Positions 29,101 to 44,100 of a stretch of DNA of 64,000 nucleotides are shown piece by piece. The notes beneath the pieces are model-generated. The model had not been told where the DNA came from. It ran no database searches and saw nothing but the letters and a program-made list of their open reading frames with translations. The stretch's first letter is position 1. The number at the start of each line of letters is the position of its first letter. The position numbers and the translations under genes are program-made. This stretch comes from Eledone cirrhosa (lineage: Eukaryota): NCBI GenBank assembly GCA_964016885.1, contig OZ024743.1, positions 51,212,001 to 51,276,000 of the forward strand. The letters are read 5' to 3'.

Positions 29101-32100
29101 TAAGGCCTGTCATATCATCCCTGTCTTTCTGTTAAACATCACTCGTTAAGGCCTGTCATATCATACCTGTCTTTCTGTTAAACACCTCTCGTTAAGGCCT
29201 GTCATATCATACCAGTCTTTCTGTTAAACAACACTCGTTAAGGCCTGTCATATCATACCTGTCTTTCTGTTAAACACCACTCGTTAAGGCCTGTCATATC
29301 ATACCTGTCTTTCTGTTAAACACCACTCGTTAAGGCCTGTCATATCATACCTGTCATTCTGTTAAACACCACTCGTTAAGGCCTGTCATATCATACCTGT
29401 CTTTCTGTTAAACACCACTCGTTAAGGCCTGTCATATCATACCTGTCTTTCTGTTAAACACCACTCGTTAAGGCCTGTCATATCATACCTGTCTTTCTGT
29501 TAAACACCACTCGTTAAGGCCTGTCATATCATACCTGTCATTCTGTTAAACACCACTCGTTAAGGCCTGTCATATCATACCTGTCTTTCTGTTAAACACC
29601 ACTCGTTAAGGCCTGTCATATCATACCTGTCATTCTGTTAAACACCACTCGTTAAGGCCTGTCATATCATATCTGTCTTTCTGTTAAACACCTCTCGTTA
29701 AGGCCTGTCATATCATACCAGTCTTTCTGTTAAACACCACTCGTTAAGGCCTGTCATATCATACCTGTCTTTCTGTTAAACATCACTCGTTAAGGCCTGT
29801 CATATCATACCTGTCTTTCTGTTAAACACCTCTCGTTAAGGCCTGTCATATCATACCTGTCATTCTGTTAAACACCACTCGTTAAGGCCTGTCATATCAT
29901 ACCTGTCTTTCTGTTAAACACCTCTCGTTAAGGCCTGTCATATCATACCTGTCTTTCTGTTAAACATCACTCGTTAAGGCCTGTCATATCATACCAGTCT
30001 TTCTGTTAAACACCACTCATTAAGGCTTGTCATATCATACCTGTCGTTCTGTTAAACACCACTCGTTAAGGCCCGTCATATCATACCTGTCTTTCTGTTA
30101 AACACCACTCATTAAGGCCTGTCTTATCATACCTGTCTTTCTGTTAAACATCACTCGTTAAGGCCTGTCATATCATACCTGTCTTTCTGTTAAACACCAC
30201 TTGTTAACGCCTGTCATATCATACCTGTCTTTCTGTTAAACACCACTCATTAATGCCTATCATATCATACCTGTCTTTCTGTTAAACACCACTCATTAAT
30301 GCCTGTCATATCATACCTGTCATTCTGTTAAACATCACTCGTTAAGGCCTGTCATATCATACCTGTCTTTCTGTTAAACATCACTCGTTAAGGCCTGTCA
30401 TATCATACCTGTCTTTCTGTTAAACACCTCTCGTTAAGGCCTGTCATATCATACCTATCTTTCTGTTAAACACCACTCATTAATGCCTGTCATATCATAC
30501 CTGTCTTTCTGTTAAACATCACTCGTTAAGGCCTGTGATATCATACCTGTCGTTCTGTTAAACACCACTCCTTAAGGCCTGTCATATCATACCTATCTTT
30601 CTGTTAAACACCACTCGTTAAGGCCTGTCATATCATACCTTTCTTTCTGTTAAACACCACTCGTTAAGGCCTGTCATATCATACCTATCTTTCAGTTAAA
30701 CACCACTCGTTAAGGCCTGTCATATCATATCTGTCTTTCTGTTAAACACCACTCGTTAAGGCCCGTCATATCATACCTGTCATTCTGTTAAACACCACTC
30801 GTTAAGGCCTGTCATATCATACCTGTCCTTCTGTTAAACACCACTCGTTAAGGCGTCATATCATACCTGTCATTCTGTTAAACACCACTCGTTAAGGCCT
30901 ATCATATCATACCTATCTTTCTGTTAAACACCACTCGTTAAGGCCTGTCATATCATACCTGTCTTTCTGTTAAACACCACTCGTTAAGGCCTGTCATATC
31001 ATACCTGTCATTCTGTTAAACACCACTCGTTAAGGCCTGTCATATCATATCTGTCTTTCTGTTAAACACCTCTCGTTAAGGCCTGTCATATCATACCAGT
31101 CTTTCTGTTAAACACCACTCATTAAGGCCTGTCATATCATACCTGTCTTTCTGTTAAACACCACTCGTTAAGGCCTGTCATATCATACCTGTCTTTCTGT
31201 TAAACACCACTCGTTAAGGCCTGTCATATCATACCTGTCTTTCTGTTAAACACCACTCGTTAAGGCCTGTCATATCATACCTGTCATTCTGTTAAACACC
31301 ACTCGTTAAGGCCTGTCATATCATACCTGTCTTTCTGTTAAACACCACTCGTTAAGGCCTGTCATATCATACCTGTCATTCTGTTAAACACCACTCGTTA
31401 AGGCCTGTCATATCATATCTGTCTTTCTGTTAAACACCTCTCGTTAAGGCCTGTCATATCATACCAGTCTTTCTGTTAAACACCACTCGTTAAGGCCTGT
31501 CATATCATACCTGTCTTTCTGTTAAACATCACTCGTTAAGGCCTGTCATATCATACCTGTCTTTCTGTTAAACACCTCTCGTTAAGGCCTGTCATATCAT
31601 ACCTGTCATTCTGTTAAACACCACTCGTTAAGGCCTGTCATATCATACCTGTCTTTCTGTTAAACACCTCTCGTTAAGGCCTGTCATATCATACCTGTCT
31701 TTCTGTTAAACATCACTCGTTAAGGCCTGTCATATCATACCAGTCTTTCTGTTAAACACCACTCATTAAGGCTTGTCATATCATACCTGTCGTTCTGTTA
31801 AACACCACTCGTTAAGGCCCGTCATATCATACCTGTCTTTCTGTTAAACACCACTCATTAAGGCCTGTCTTATCATACCTGTCTTTCTGTTAAACATCAC
31901 TCGTTAAGGCCTGTCATATCATACCTGTCTTTCTGTTAAACACGACTTGTTAACGCCTGTCATATCATACCTGTCTTTCTGTTAAACACCACTCATTAAT
32001 GCCTATCATATCATACCTGTCTTTCTGTTAAACACCACTCATTAATGCCTGTCATATCATACCTGTCATTCTGTTAAACATCACTCGTTAAGGCCTGTCA

Positions 32101-35100
32101 TATCATACCTGTCTTTCTGTTAAACATCACTCGTTAAGGCCTGTCATATCATACCTGTCTTTCTGTTAAACACCTCTCGTTAAGGCCTGTCATATCATAC
32201 CTATCTTTCTGTTAAACACCACTCATTAATGCCTGTCATATCATACCTGTCTTTCTGTTAAACATCACTCGTTAAGGCCTGTGATATCATACCTGTCGTT
32301 CTGTTAAACACCACTCCTTAAGGCCTGTCATATCATACCTATCTTTCTGTTAAACACCACTCGTTAAGGCCTGTCATATCATACCTTTCTTTCTGTTAAA
32401 CACCACTCGTTAAGGCCTGTCATATCATACCTATCTTTCAGTTAAACACCACTCGTTAAGGCCTGTCATATCATATCTGTCTTTCTGTTAAACACCACTC
32501 GTTAAGGCCCGTCATATCATACCTGTCATTCTGTTAAACACCACTCGTTAAGGCCTGTCATATCATACCTGTCCTTCTGTTAAACACCACTCGTTAAGGC
32601 GTCATATCATACCTGTCATTCTGTTAAACACCACTCGTTAAGGCCTATCATATCATACCTATCTTTCTGTTAAACACCACTCGTTAAGGCCTGTCATATC
32701 ATACATTTCTTTCTGTTAAACACCACTCGTTAAGGCCTGTCATATCATATCTGTCTTTCTGTTAAACACCACTCGTTAAGGCCTGTCATATCATACCTGT
32801 CTTTCTGTTAAACACCACTCGTTAAGGCCTGTCATATCATACCTGTCTTTCTGTTAAACACCACTCGTTAAGGCCTGTCATATCATACCTGTCTTTCTGT
32901 TAAACACCACTCGTTAAGGCCTGTCATATCATACCTGTCTTTCTGTTAAACACCACTCATTAAGGCCTGTCATATCATACCTGTCTTTCTGTTAAACACC
33001 TCTCGTTAAGGCCTATCATATCATACCTGTCTTTCTGTTAAACACCACTCGTTAAGGCCTGTCATATCATACCTGTCTTTCTGTTAAACACCACTCGTTA
33101 AGGCCTGTCATATCATACCTGTCTTTCTGTTAAACACCACTCGTTAAGGCCTGTCATATCATACCTGTCTTTCTGTTAAACACCACTCGTTAAGGCCTGT
33201 CATATCATACCTGTCTTTCTGTTAAACACCACTCGTTAAGGCCTGTCATATCATACCTGTCTTTCTGTTAAACACCACTCGTTAAGGCCTGTCATATCAT
33301 ACCTGTCTTTCTGTTAAACACCACTCGTTAAGGCCTGTCATATCATACCTGTCTTTCTGTTAAACACCACTCGTTAAGGCCTGTCATATCATACCTGTCT
33401 TTCTGTTAAACACCACTCGTTAAGGCCTGTCATATCATACCTGTCTTTCTGTTAAACACCACTCGTTAAGGCCTGTCATATCATACCTGTCTTTCTGTTA
33501 AACACCACTCGTTAAGGCCTGTCATATCATACCTGTCTTTCTGTTAAACACCACTCGTTAAGGCCTGTCATATCATACCTGTCTTTCTGTTAAACACCAC
33601 TCGTTAAGGCCTGTCATATCATACCTGTCTTTCTGTTAAACACCACTCGTTAAGGCCTGTCATATCATACCTGTCTTTCTGTTAAACATCACTCGTTAAG
33701 GCCTGTCATATCATACCTGTCTTTCTGTTAAACACCACTCGTTAAGGCCTGTCATATCATACCTGTCTTTCTGTTAAACATCACTCGTTAAGGTCTGTCA
33801 TATCATACCTGTCTTTCTGTTAAACACCACTCGTTAAGGCCTGTCATATCATACCTGTCTTTCTGTTAAACATCACTCGTTAAGGCCTGTCATATCATAC
33901 CTGTCTTTCTGTTAAACACCTCTCGTTAAGGCCTGTCATATCATACCAGTCTTTCTGTTAAACAACACTCGTTAAGGCCTGTCATATCATACCTGTCTTT
34001 CTGTTAAACACCACTCGTTAAGGCCTGTCATATCATACCTGTCTTTCTGTTAAACACCACTCGTTAAGGCCTGTCATATCATACCTGTCATTCTGTTAAA
34101 CACCACTCGTTAAGGCCTGTCATATCATACCTGTCTTTCTGTTAAACACCACTCGTTAAGGCCTGTCATATCATACCTGTCATTCTGTTAAACACCACTC
34201 GTTAAGGCCTGTCATATCATATCTGTCTTTCTGTTAAACACCTCTCGTTAAGGCCTGTCATATCATACCAGTCTTTCTGTTAAACACCACTCATTAAGGC
34301 CTGTCATATGATACCTGTCTTTCTGTTAAACACCACTCGTTAAGGCCTGTCATATCATACCTGTCTTTCTGTTAAACACCACTCGTTAAGGCCTGTCATA
34401 TCATACCTGTCATTCTGTTAAACACCACTCGTTAAGGCCTGTCATATCATACCTGTCTTTCTGTTAAACACCACTCGTTAAGGCCTGTCATATCATACCT
34501 GTCATTCTGTTAAACACCACTCGTTAAGGCCTGTCATATCATATCTGTCTTTCTGTTAAACACCTCTCGTTAAGGCCTGTCATATCATACCAGTCTTTCT
34601 GTTAAACACCACTCGTTAAGGCCTGTCATATCATACCTGTCTTTCTGTTAAACATCACTCGTTAAGGCCTGTCATATCATACCTGTCTTTCTGTTAAACA
34701 CCTCTCGTTAAGGCCTGTCATATCATACCTGTCATTCTGTTAAACACCACTCGTTAAGGCCTGTCATATCATACCTGTCTTTCTGTTAAACACCTCTCGT
34801 TAAGGCCTGTCATATCATACCTGTCTTTCTGTTAAACATCACTCGTTAAGGCCTGTCATATCATACCAGTCTTTCTGTTAAACACCACTCATTAAGGCTT
34901 GTCATATCATACCTGTCGTTCTGTTAAACACCACTCGTTAAGGCCCGTCATATCATACCTGTCTTTCTGTTAAACACCACTCATTAAGGCCTGTCTTATC
35001 ATACCTGTCTTTCTGTTAAACATCACTCGTTAAGGCCTGTCATATCATACCTGTCTTTCTGTTAAACACCACTTGTTAACGCCTGTCATATCATACCTGT

Positions 35101-38100
35101 CTTTCTGTTAAACACCACTCATTAATGCCTATCATATCATACCTGTCTTTCTGTTAAACACCACTCATTAATGCCTGTCATATCATACCTGTCATTCTGT
35201 TAAACATCACTCGTTAAGGCCTGTCATATCATACCTATCTTTCTGTTAAACACCACTTATTAATGCCTGTCATATCATACCTGTCTTTCTGTTAAACATC
35301 ACTCGTTAAGGCCTGTGATATCATACCTGTCGTTCTGTTAAACACCACTCGTTAAGGCCTGTCATATCATACCTGTCTTTCTGTTAAACATCACTCGTTA
35401 AGGCCTGTCATATCATACCTGTCTTTCTGTTAAACACCACTCGTTAAGGCCTGTCATATCATACCTGTCTTTCTGTTAAACACCTCTCGTTAAGGCCTGT
35501 CATATCATACCTGTCTTTCTGTTAAACACCACTCATTAATGCCTATCATATCATACCTATCTTTCTGTTAAACACCACTCGTTAAGGCCTGTCATATCAT
35601 ACCTGTCTTTCTGTTAAACATCACTCGTTAAGGCCTGTCATATCATACCTGTCTTTCTGTTAAACACCACTCGTTAAGGCCTGTCATATCATACCTATCT
35701 TTCTGTTAAACACCACTCGTTAAGGCCTGTCATATCATACCTGTCTTTCTGTTAAACACCACTCGTTAAGGCCTGTCATATCATACCTGTCTTTCTGTTA
35801 AACACCACTCGTTAAGGCGTCATATCATACCTGTCATTCTGTTAAACACCACTCGTTAAGGCCTGTCATATCATACCTATCTTTCTGTTAAACACCACTC
35901 GTTAAGGCCTGTCATATCATATCTGTCTTTCTGTTAAACACCACTCGTTAAGGCCTGTCATATCATACCTGTCTTTCTGTTAAACACCACTCGTTAAGGC
36001 CTGTCATATCATACCTGTCTTTCTGTTAAACACCTCTCGTTAAGGCCTGTCATATCATACCTGTCTTTCTGTTAAACACCACTCGTTAAGGCCTGTCATA
36101 TCATACCTATCTTTCTGTTAAACACCACTCGTTAAGGCTTGTCATATCATACCTGTCTTTCTGTTAAACATCACTCGTTAAGGCCTGTCATATCATACCT
36201 GTCTTTCTGTTAAACATCACTCGTTAAGGCCTGTCATATCATACCTGTCTTTCTGTTAAACACCACTCGTTAAGGCCTGTCATATCATACCTGTCTTTCT
36301 GTTAAACACCTCTCGTTAAGGCCTGTCATATCATACCTGTCTTTCTGTTAAACACCACGCATTAATGCCTGTCATATCATACCTGTCTTTCTGTTAAACA
36401 CCACTTATTAAGGCTTGTCATATCATACCTGTCGTTCTGTTAAACACCACTCGTTAAGGCCTGTCATATCATACCTGTCTTTCTGTTAGGCACCACTCGT
36501 TAAGGCCTGTCATATCATACCTGTCTTTCTGTTAAACAACACTCGTTAAGGCCTGTCATATCATACCTGTCGTTCTGTTAAACACCACTCGTTAAGGCCT
36601 GTCATACCATACCTGTCTTTCTGTTAAACACCACTCCTTAAGGCCTGTCATATCATACCTGTCTTTCTGTTAAACACCACTCCTTAAGGCCTGTCATATC
36701 ATACCTATCTTTCTGTTAAACACCACTCGTTAAAGCCTGTCATATCATACCTGTCTTTCTGTTAAACACCACTCGTTAAGGCCTGTCATATCATACCTAT
36801 CTTTCTGTTAAACACCACTCGTTAAGGCCTGTCATACCATACCTGTCTTTCTGTTAAACACCACTCGTTAAGGCCTGTCATATCATACCTGTCTTTCTGT
36901 TAAACACCACTCGTTAAGGCCCGTCATATCATACCTGTCTTTCTGTTAAACACCACTCGTTAAGGCCTGTCATATCATACCTGTCTTTCTGTTAAACACC
37001 ACTCGTTAAGGCCCGTCATATCATACCTGTCTTTCTGTTAAACACCACTCGTTAAGGCCCGTCATATCATACCTGTCTTTCTGTTAAACACCACTCGTTA
37101 AGGCCCGTCATATCATACCTGTCTTTCTGTTAAACACCACTCGTTAAGGCCTGTCATATCATACCTGTCTTTCTGTTAAACACCACTCGTTAAGGCCTGT
37201 CATATCATACCTGTCTTTCTGTTAAACATCACTCGTTAAGGCCTGTCATATCATACCTGTCTTTCTGTTAAACACCACTCGTTAAGGCCTGTCATATCAT
37301 ACCTGTCTTTCTGTTAAACATCACTCGTTAAGGCCTGTCATATCATACCTGTCTTTCTGTTAAACACCTCTCGTTAAGGCCTGTCATATCATACCAGTCT
37401 TTCTGTTAAACAACACTCGTTAAGGCCTGTCATATCATACCTGTCTTTCTGTTAAACACCACTCGTTAAGGCCTGTCATATCATACCTGTCTTTCTGTTA
37501 AACACCACTCGTTAAGGCCTGTCATATCATACCTGTCATTCTGTTAAACACCACTCGTTAAGGCCTGTCATATCATACCTGTCTTTCTGTTAAACACCAC
37601 TCGTTAAGGCCTGTCATATCATACCTGTCATTCTGTTAAACACCACTCGTTAAGGCCTGTCATATCATATCTGTCTTTCTGTTAAACACCTCTCGTTAAG
37701 GCCTGTCATATCATACCAGTCTTTCTGTTAAACACCACTCATTAAGGCCTGTCATATCATACCTGTCTTTCTGTTAAACACCACTCGTTAAGGCCTGTCA
37801 TATCATACCTGTCTTTCTGTTAAACACCACTCGTTAAGGCCTGTCATATCATACCTGTCATTCTGTTAAACACCACTCGTTAAGGCCTGTCATATCATAC
37901 CTGTCTTTCTGTTAAACACCACTCGTTAAGGCCTGTCATATCATACCTGTCATTCTGTTAAACACCACTCGTTAAGGCCTGTCATATCATATCTGTCTTT
38001 CTGTTAAACACCTCTCGTTAAGGCCTGTCATATCATACCAGTCTTTCTGTTAAACACCACTCGTTAAGGCCTGTCATATCATACCTGTCTTTCTGTTAAA

Positions 38101-41100
38101 CATCACTCGTTAAGGCCTGTCATATCATACCTGTCTTTCTGTTAAACACCTCTCGTTAAGGCCTGTCATATCATACCTGTCATTCTGTTAAACACCACTC
38201 GTTAAGGCCTGTCATATCATACCTGTCTTTCTGTTAAACACCTCTCGTTAAGGCCTGTCATATCATACCTGTCTTTCTGTTAAACATCACTCGTTAAGGC
38301 CTGTCATATCATACCAGTCTTTCTGTTAAACACCACTCATTAAGGCTTGTCATATCATACCTGTCGTTCTGTTAAACACCACTCGTTAAGGCCCGTCATA
38401 TCATACCTGTCTTTCTGTTAAACACCACTCATTAAGGCCTGTCATATCATACCTGTCTTTCTATTAAACATCACTCGTTAAGGCCTGTCATATCATACCT
38501 GTCTTTCTGTTAAACACCACTTGTTAACGCCTGTCATATCATACCTGTCTTTCTGTTAAACACGACTCATTAATGCCTATCATATCATACCTGTCTTTCT
38601 GTTAAACACCACTCATTAATGCCTGTCATATCATACCTGTCATTCTGTTAAACATCACTCGTTAAGGCCTGTCATATCATACCTGTCTTTCTGTTAAACA
38701 TCACTCGTTAAGGCCTGTCATATCATACCTGTCTTTCTGTTAAACACCTCTCGTTAAGGCCTGTCATATCATACCTATCTTTCTGTTAAACACCACTCAT
38801 TAATGCCTGTCATATCATACCTGTCTTTCTGTTAAACATCACTCGTTAAGGCCTGTGATATCATACCTGTCGTTCTGTTAAACACCACTCGTTAAGGCCT
38901 GTCATATCATACCTGTCTTTCTGTTAAACATCACTCGTTAAGGCCTGTCATATCATACCTGTCTTTCTGTTAAACACCACTCGTTAAGGCCTGTCATATC
39001 ATACCTGTCTTTCTGTTAAACACCTCTCGTTAAGGCCTGTCATATCATACCTGTCTTTCTGTTAAACACCACTCATTAATGCCTATCATATCATACCTAT
39101 CTTTCTGTTAAACACCACTCGTTAAGGCCTGTCATATCATACCTGTCTTTCTGTTAAACACCTCTCGTTAAGGCCTGTCATATCATACCTGTCTTTCTGT
39201 TAAACACCACTCATTAATGCCTATCATATCATACCTGTCTTTCTGTTAAACACCACTCGTTAAGGCCTGTCATATCATACCTGTCTTTCTGTTAAACATC
39301 ACTCGTTAAGGCCTGTCATATCATACCTGTCTTTCTGTTAAACACCACTCGTTAAGGCCTGTCATATCATACCTATCTTTCTGTTAAACACCACTCGTTA
39401 AGGCTTGTCATATCATACCTGTCTTTCTGTTAAACATCACTCGTTAAGGCCCGTCATATCATACCTGTCTTTCTGTTAAACATCACTCGTTAAGGCCTGT
39501 CATACCATACCTGTCTTTCTGTTAAACACCACTCGTTAAGGCCTGTCATATCATACCTGTCTTTCTGTTAAACACCTCTCGTTAAGGCCTGTCATATCAT
39601 ACCTGTCTTTCTGTTAAACACCACGCATTAATGCCTGTCATATCATACCTGTCTTTCTGTTAAACACCACTCGTTAAGGCCCGTCATATCATACCTGTCT
39701 TTCTGTTAAACACCACTCGTTAAGGCCTGTCATACCATACCTGTCTTTCTGTTAAACACCACTCGTTAAGGCCTGTCATATCATACCTATCTTTCTGTTA
39801 AACACCACTCGTTAAGGCTTGTCATATCATACCTGTCTTTCTGTTAAACACCACTCGTTAAGGCTTGTCATATCATACCTGTCTTTCTGTTAAACACCAC
39901 TCGTTAAGGCCTGTCATATCATACCTATCTTTCTGTTAAACACCACTCGTTAAGGCTTGTCATATCATACCTGTCGTTCTGTTAAACACCACTCGTTAAG
40001 GCCTGTCATATCATACCTGTCTTTCTGTTAGGCACCACTCGTTAAGGCCTGTCATATCATACCTGTCTTTCTGTTAAACAACACTCGTTAAGGCCTCTCA
40101 TATCATACCTGTCGTTCTGTTAAACACCACTCGTTAAGGCCTGTCATACCATACCTGTCTTTCTGTTAAACACCACTCGTTAAGGCCTGTCATATCATAC
40201 CTGTCTTTCTGTTAAACACCACTCCTTAAGGCCTGTCATATCATACCTATCTTTCTGTTAAACACCACTCGTTAAAGCCTGTCATATCATACCTGTCTTT
40301 CTGTTAAACACCACTCGTTAAGGCCTGTCATATCATACCTATCTTTCTGTTAAACACCACTCGTTAAGGCCTGTCATACCATACCTGTCTTTCTGTTAAA
40401 CACGACTCGTTAAGGCCTGTCATATCATACCTGTCTTTCTGTTAAACACCACTCGTTAAGGCCCGTCATATCATACCTGTCTTTCTGTTAAACACCACTC
40501 GTTAAGGCCTGTCATATCATACCTGTCTTTCTGTTAAACACCACTCGTTAAGGCCCGTCATATCATACCTGTCTTTCTGTTAAACACCACTCGTTAAGGC
40601 CCGTCATATCATACCTGTCTTTCTGTTAAACACCACTCGTTAAGGCCCGTCATATCATACCTGTCTTTCTGTTAAACACCACCCGTTAAGGCCCGTCATA
40701 TCATCCCTGTCTTTCTGTTAAACACCACTCGTTAAGGCCCGTCATATCATACCTGTCTTTCTGTTAAACACCACTCGTTAAGGCCTGTCATATCATATCT
40801 GTCATTCTGTTAAACACCACTCGTTAAGGCCCGTCATATCATACCTGTCTTTCTGTTAAACACCACTCGTTAAGGCCTGTCATATCATATCTGTCATTCT
40901 GTTAAACACCACTTGTTAAGGCCTGTCATATCATACCTGTCTTTCTGTTAAACACCACTCGTTAACGCCTGTCATATCATACCTGTCTTTCTGTTAAACA
41001 CCACTCGTTAAGGCCTGTCATATCATACCTGTCGTTCTGTTAAACACCACTCGTTAAGGCCTGTCATATCATACCTGTCTTTCTGTTAAACACCACTCGT

Positions 41101-44100
41101 TAAGGCCTGTCATATCATACCTGTCTTTCTGTTAAACACCACTCGTTAAGGCCTGTCATATCATACCTGTCTTTCTGTTAAACACCACTCGTTAAGGCCT
41201 GTAATATCATTCCTGTCTTTCTGTTAAACACCACTCGTTAACGCCTGTCATATCATACCTGTCTTTCTGTTAAACACCACTCGTTAAGGCCTGTCATATC
41301 ATACCTGTCGTTCTGTTAAACACCACTCGTTAAGGCCTGTCATATCATACCTGTCGTTCTGTTAAACACCACTCGTTAAGGCCTGTCATATCATACCTGT
41401 CTTTCTGTTAAACACCACTCGTTAAGGCCTGTCATATCATACCTGTCGTTCTGTTAAACACCACTCGTTAAGGCCTGTCATATCATACCTGTCTTTCTGT
41501 TAAACACCACTCGTTAAAGCCTGTCATATCATACCTGTCATTCTGTTAAACACCACTCGTTAAGGCCTGTCATATCATACCTGTCTTTCTGTTAAACACC
41601 ACTCGTTAAGGCCTGTCATATCATACCTGTCTTTCTGTTAAACACCACTCGTTAACGCCTGTCATATCATACCTGTCTTTCTGTTAAACACCACTCGTTA
41701 AAGCCTGTCATATCATACCTGTCATTCTGTTGAACACCACTCGTTAAGGCCTGTCATATCATACCTGTCTTTCTGTTAAACACCACTCGTTAAGGCCTGT
41801 CATATCATACCTGTCTTTCTGTTAAACACCTCTCGTTAACGCCTGTCATATCATACCTGTCTTTCTGTTAAACATCACTCGTTAAGGCCTGTCATATCAT
41901 ACCTGTCTTTCTGTTAAACATCACTCGTTAAGGCCTGTCATATCATACCTGTCTTTCTGTTAAACAACACTCGTTAAGGCCTGTCATATCATACCTGTCG
42001 TTCTGTTAAACACCACTCGTTAAGGCCTGTCATATCATACCTGTCTTTCTGTTAAACATCACTGGTTAAGGCCTGTCATATCATACCTGTCTTTCTGTTA
42101 AACACCACTCCTTAAGGCCTGTCATATCATACCGGTCTTTCTGTTAAACACCTCTCGTTAACGCCTGTCATATCATACCTGTCTTTCTGTTAGACACCTC
42201 TCGTTAACGCCTGTCATATCATACCTGTCTTTCTGTTAAACACCACTCGTTAAGGCCTGTCATATCATACCTGTCTTTCTGTTAAACACCACTCGTTAAG
42301 GCCTGTCATATCATACCTGTCTTTCTGTTAAACATCACTCGTTAAGGCCTGTCATATCATACCTGTCTTTCTGTTAAACATCACTCGTTAAGGCCTGTCA
42401 TATCATACCTGTCTTTCTGTTAAACACCACTCATTAATGCCTGTCATATCATACCTGTCTTTCTGTTAAACACCTCTCGTTAAGGCCTGTCATATCATAC
42501 CTGTCTTTCTGTTAAACACCACTCATTAATGCCTGTCATATCATACCTGTCTTTCTGTTAAACACCACTCATTAATGCCTGTCATATCATACCTGTCATT
42601 CTGTTAAACACCACTCGTTAAGGCCTGTCATATCATACCTGTCTTTCTGTTAAACACCACTCGTTAAGGCCTGTCATATCATACCTGTCTTTCTGTTAAA
42701 CACCTCTCGTTAAGGCCTGTCATATCATACCTGTCTTTCTGTTAAACACCTCTCGTTAAGGCCTGTCATATCATACCTGTCTTTCTGTTAAACACCACTC
42801 ATTAATGCCTGTCATATCATACCTGTCTTTCTGTTAAACACCACTCGTTAAGGCCCGTCATATCATACCTGTCATTCTGTTAAACACCACTCGTTAAGGC
42901 CTGTCATATCATACCTGTCTTTCTGTTAAACACCACTCGTTAAGGCGTCATATCATACCTGTCTTTCTGTTAAACACCACTCGTTAAGGCCTGTCATATC
43001 ATACCTGTCATTCTGTTAAACACCACTCGTTAAGGCCTGTCATATCATACCTATCTTTCTGTTAAACACCACTCGTTAAGGCCTGTCATATCATACCTAT
43101 CTTTGTGTTAAACACCACTCGTTAAGGCCTGTCATATCATACCTATCTTTCTGTTAAACACCACTCGTTAAGGCCTGTCATATCATACCTATCTTTCTGT
43201 TAAACACCACTCGTTAAGGCCTGTCATATCATACCTGTCTTTCTGTTAAACACCACTCGTTAAGGCCTGTCATATCATACCTATCTTTCTGTTAAACACC
43301 ACTCGTTAAGGCCTGTCATATCATACCTGTCTTTCTGTTAAACACCACTCATTAAGGCTTGTCATATCATACCTGTCGTTCTGTTAAACACCACTCGTTA
43401 AGGCTTGTCATATCATACCTGTCGTTCTGTTAAACACCACTCGTTAAGGCCTGTCATATCATACCTGTCTTTCTGTTAAACACCACTCGTTAAGGCCTGT
43501 CATATCATATCTGTCTTTCTGTTAAACACCACTCGTTAAGGCCTGTCATATCATATCTGTCTTTCTGTTAAACACCACTCGTTAAGGCCTGTCATATCAT
43601 ACCTGTCTTTCTGTTAAACACCACTCGTTAAGGCCTGTCATATCATACCTATCTTTCTGTTAAACACCACTCGTTAAGGCCTGTCATATCATACCTGTCT
43701 TTCTGTTAAACACCACTCATTAAGGCTTGTCATATCATACCTGTCGTTCTGTTAAACACCACTCGTTAAGGCCTGTCATATCATACCTGTCTTTCTGTTA
43801 AACACCACTCGTTAAGGCCTGTCATATCATACCTGTCTTTCTGTTAAACACCACTCGTTAAGGCCTGTCATATCATACCTGTCTTTCTGTTAAACATCAC
43901 TCGTTAAGGCCTGTCATATCATGCCTGTCTTTCTGTTAAACACCACTCGTTAAGGCCTGTTATATCATACCTGTCTTTCTGTTAAACACCACTCGTTAAG
44001 GCCTGTCATATCATACCTGTCTTTCTGTTAAACATCACTCGTTAAGGCCTGTCATATCATACCTGTCTTTCTGTTAAACACCACTCGTTAAGGCCTGTCA

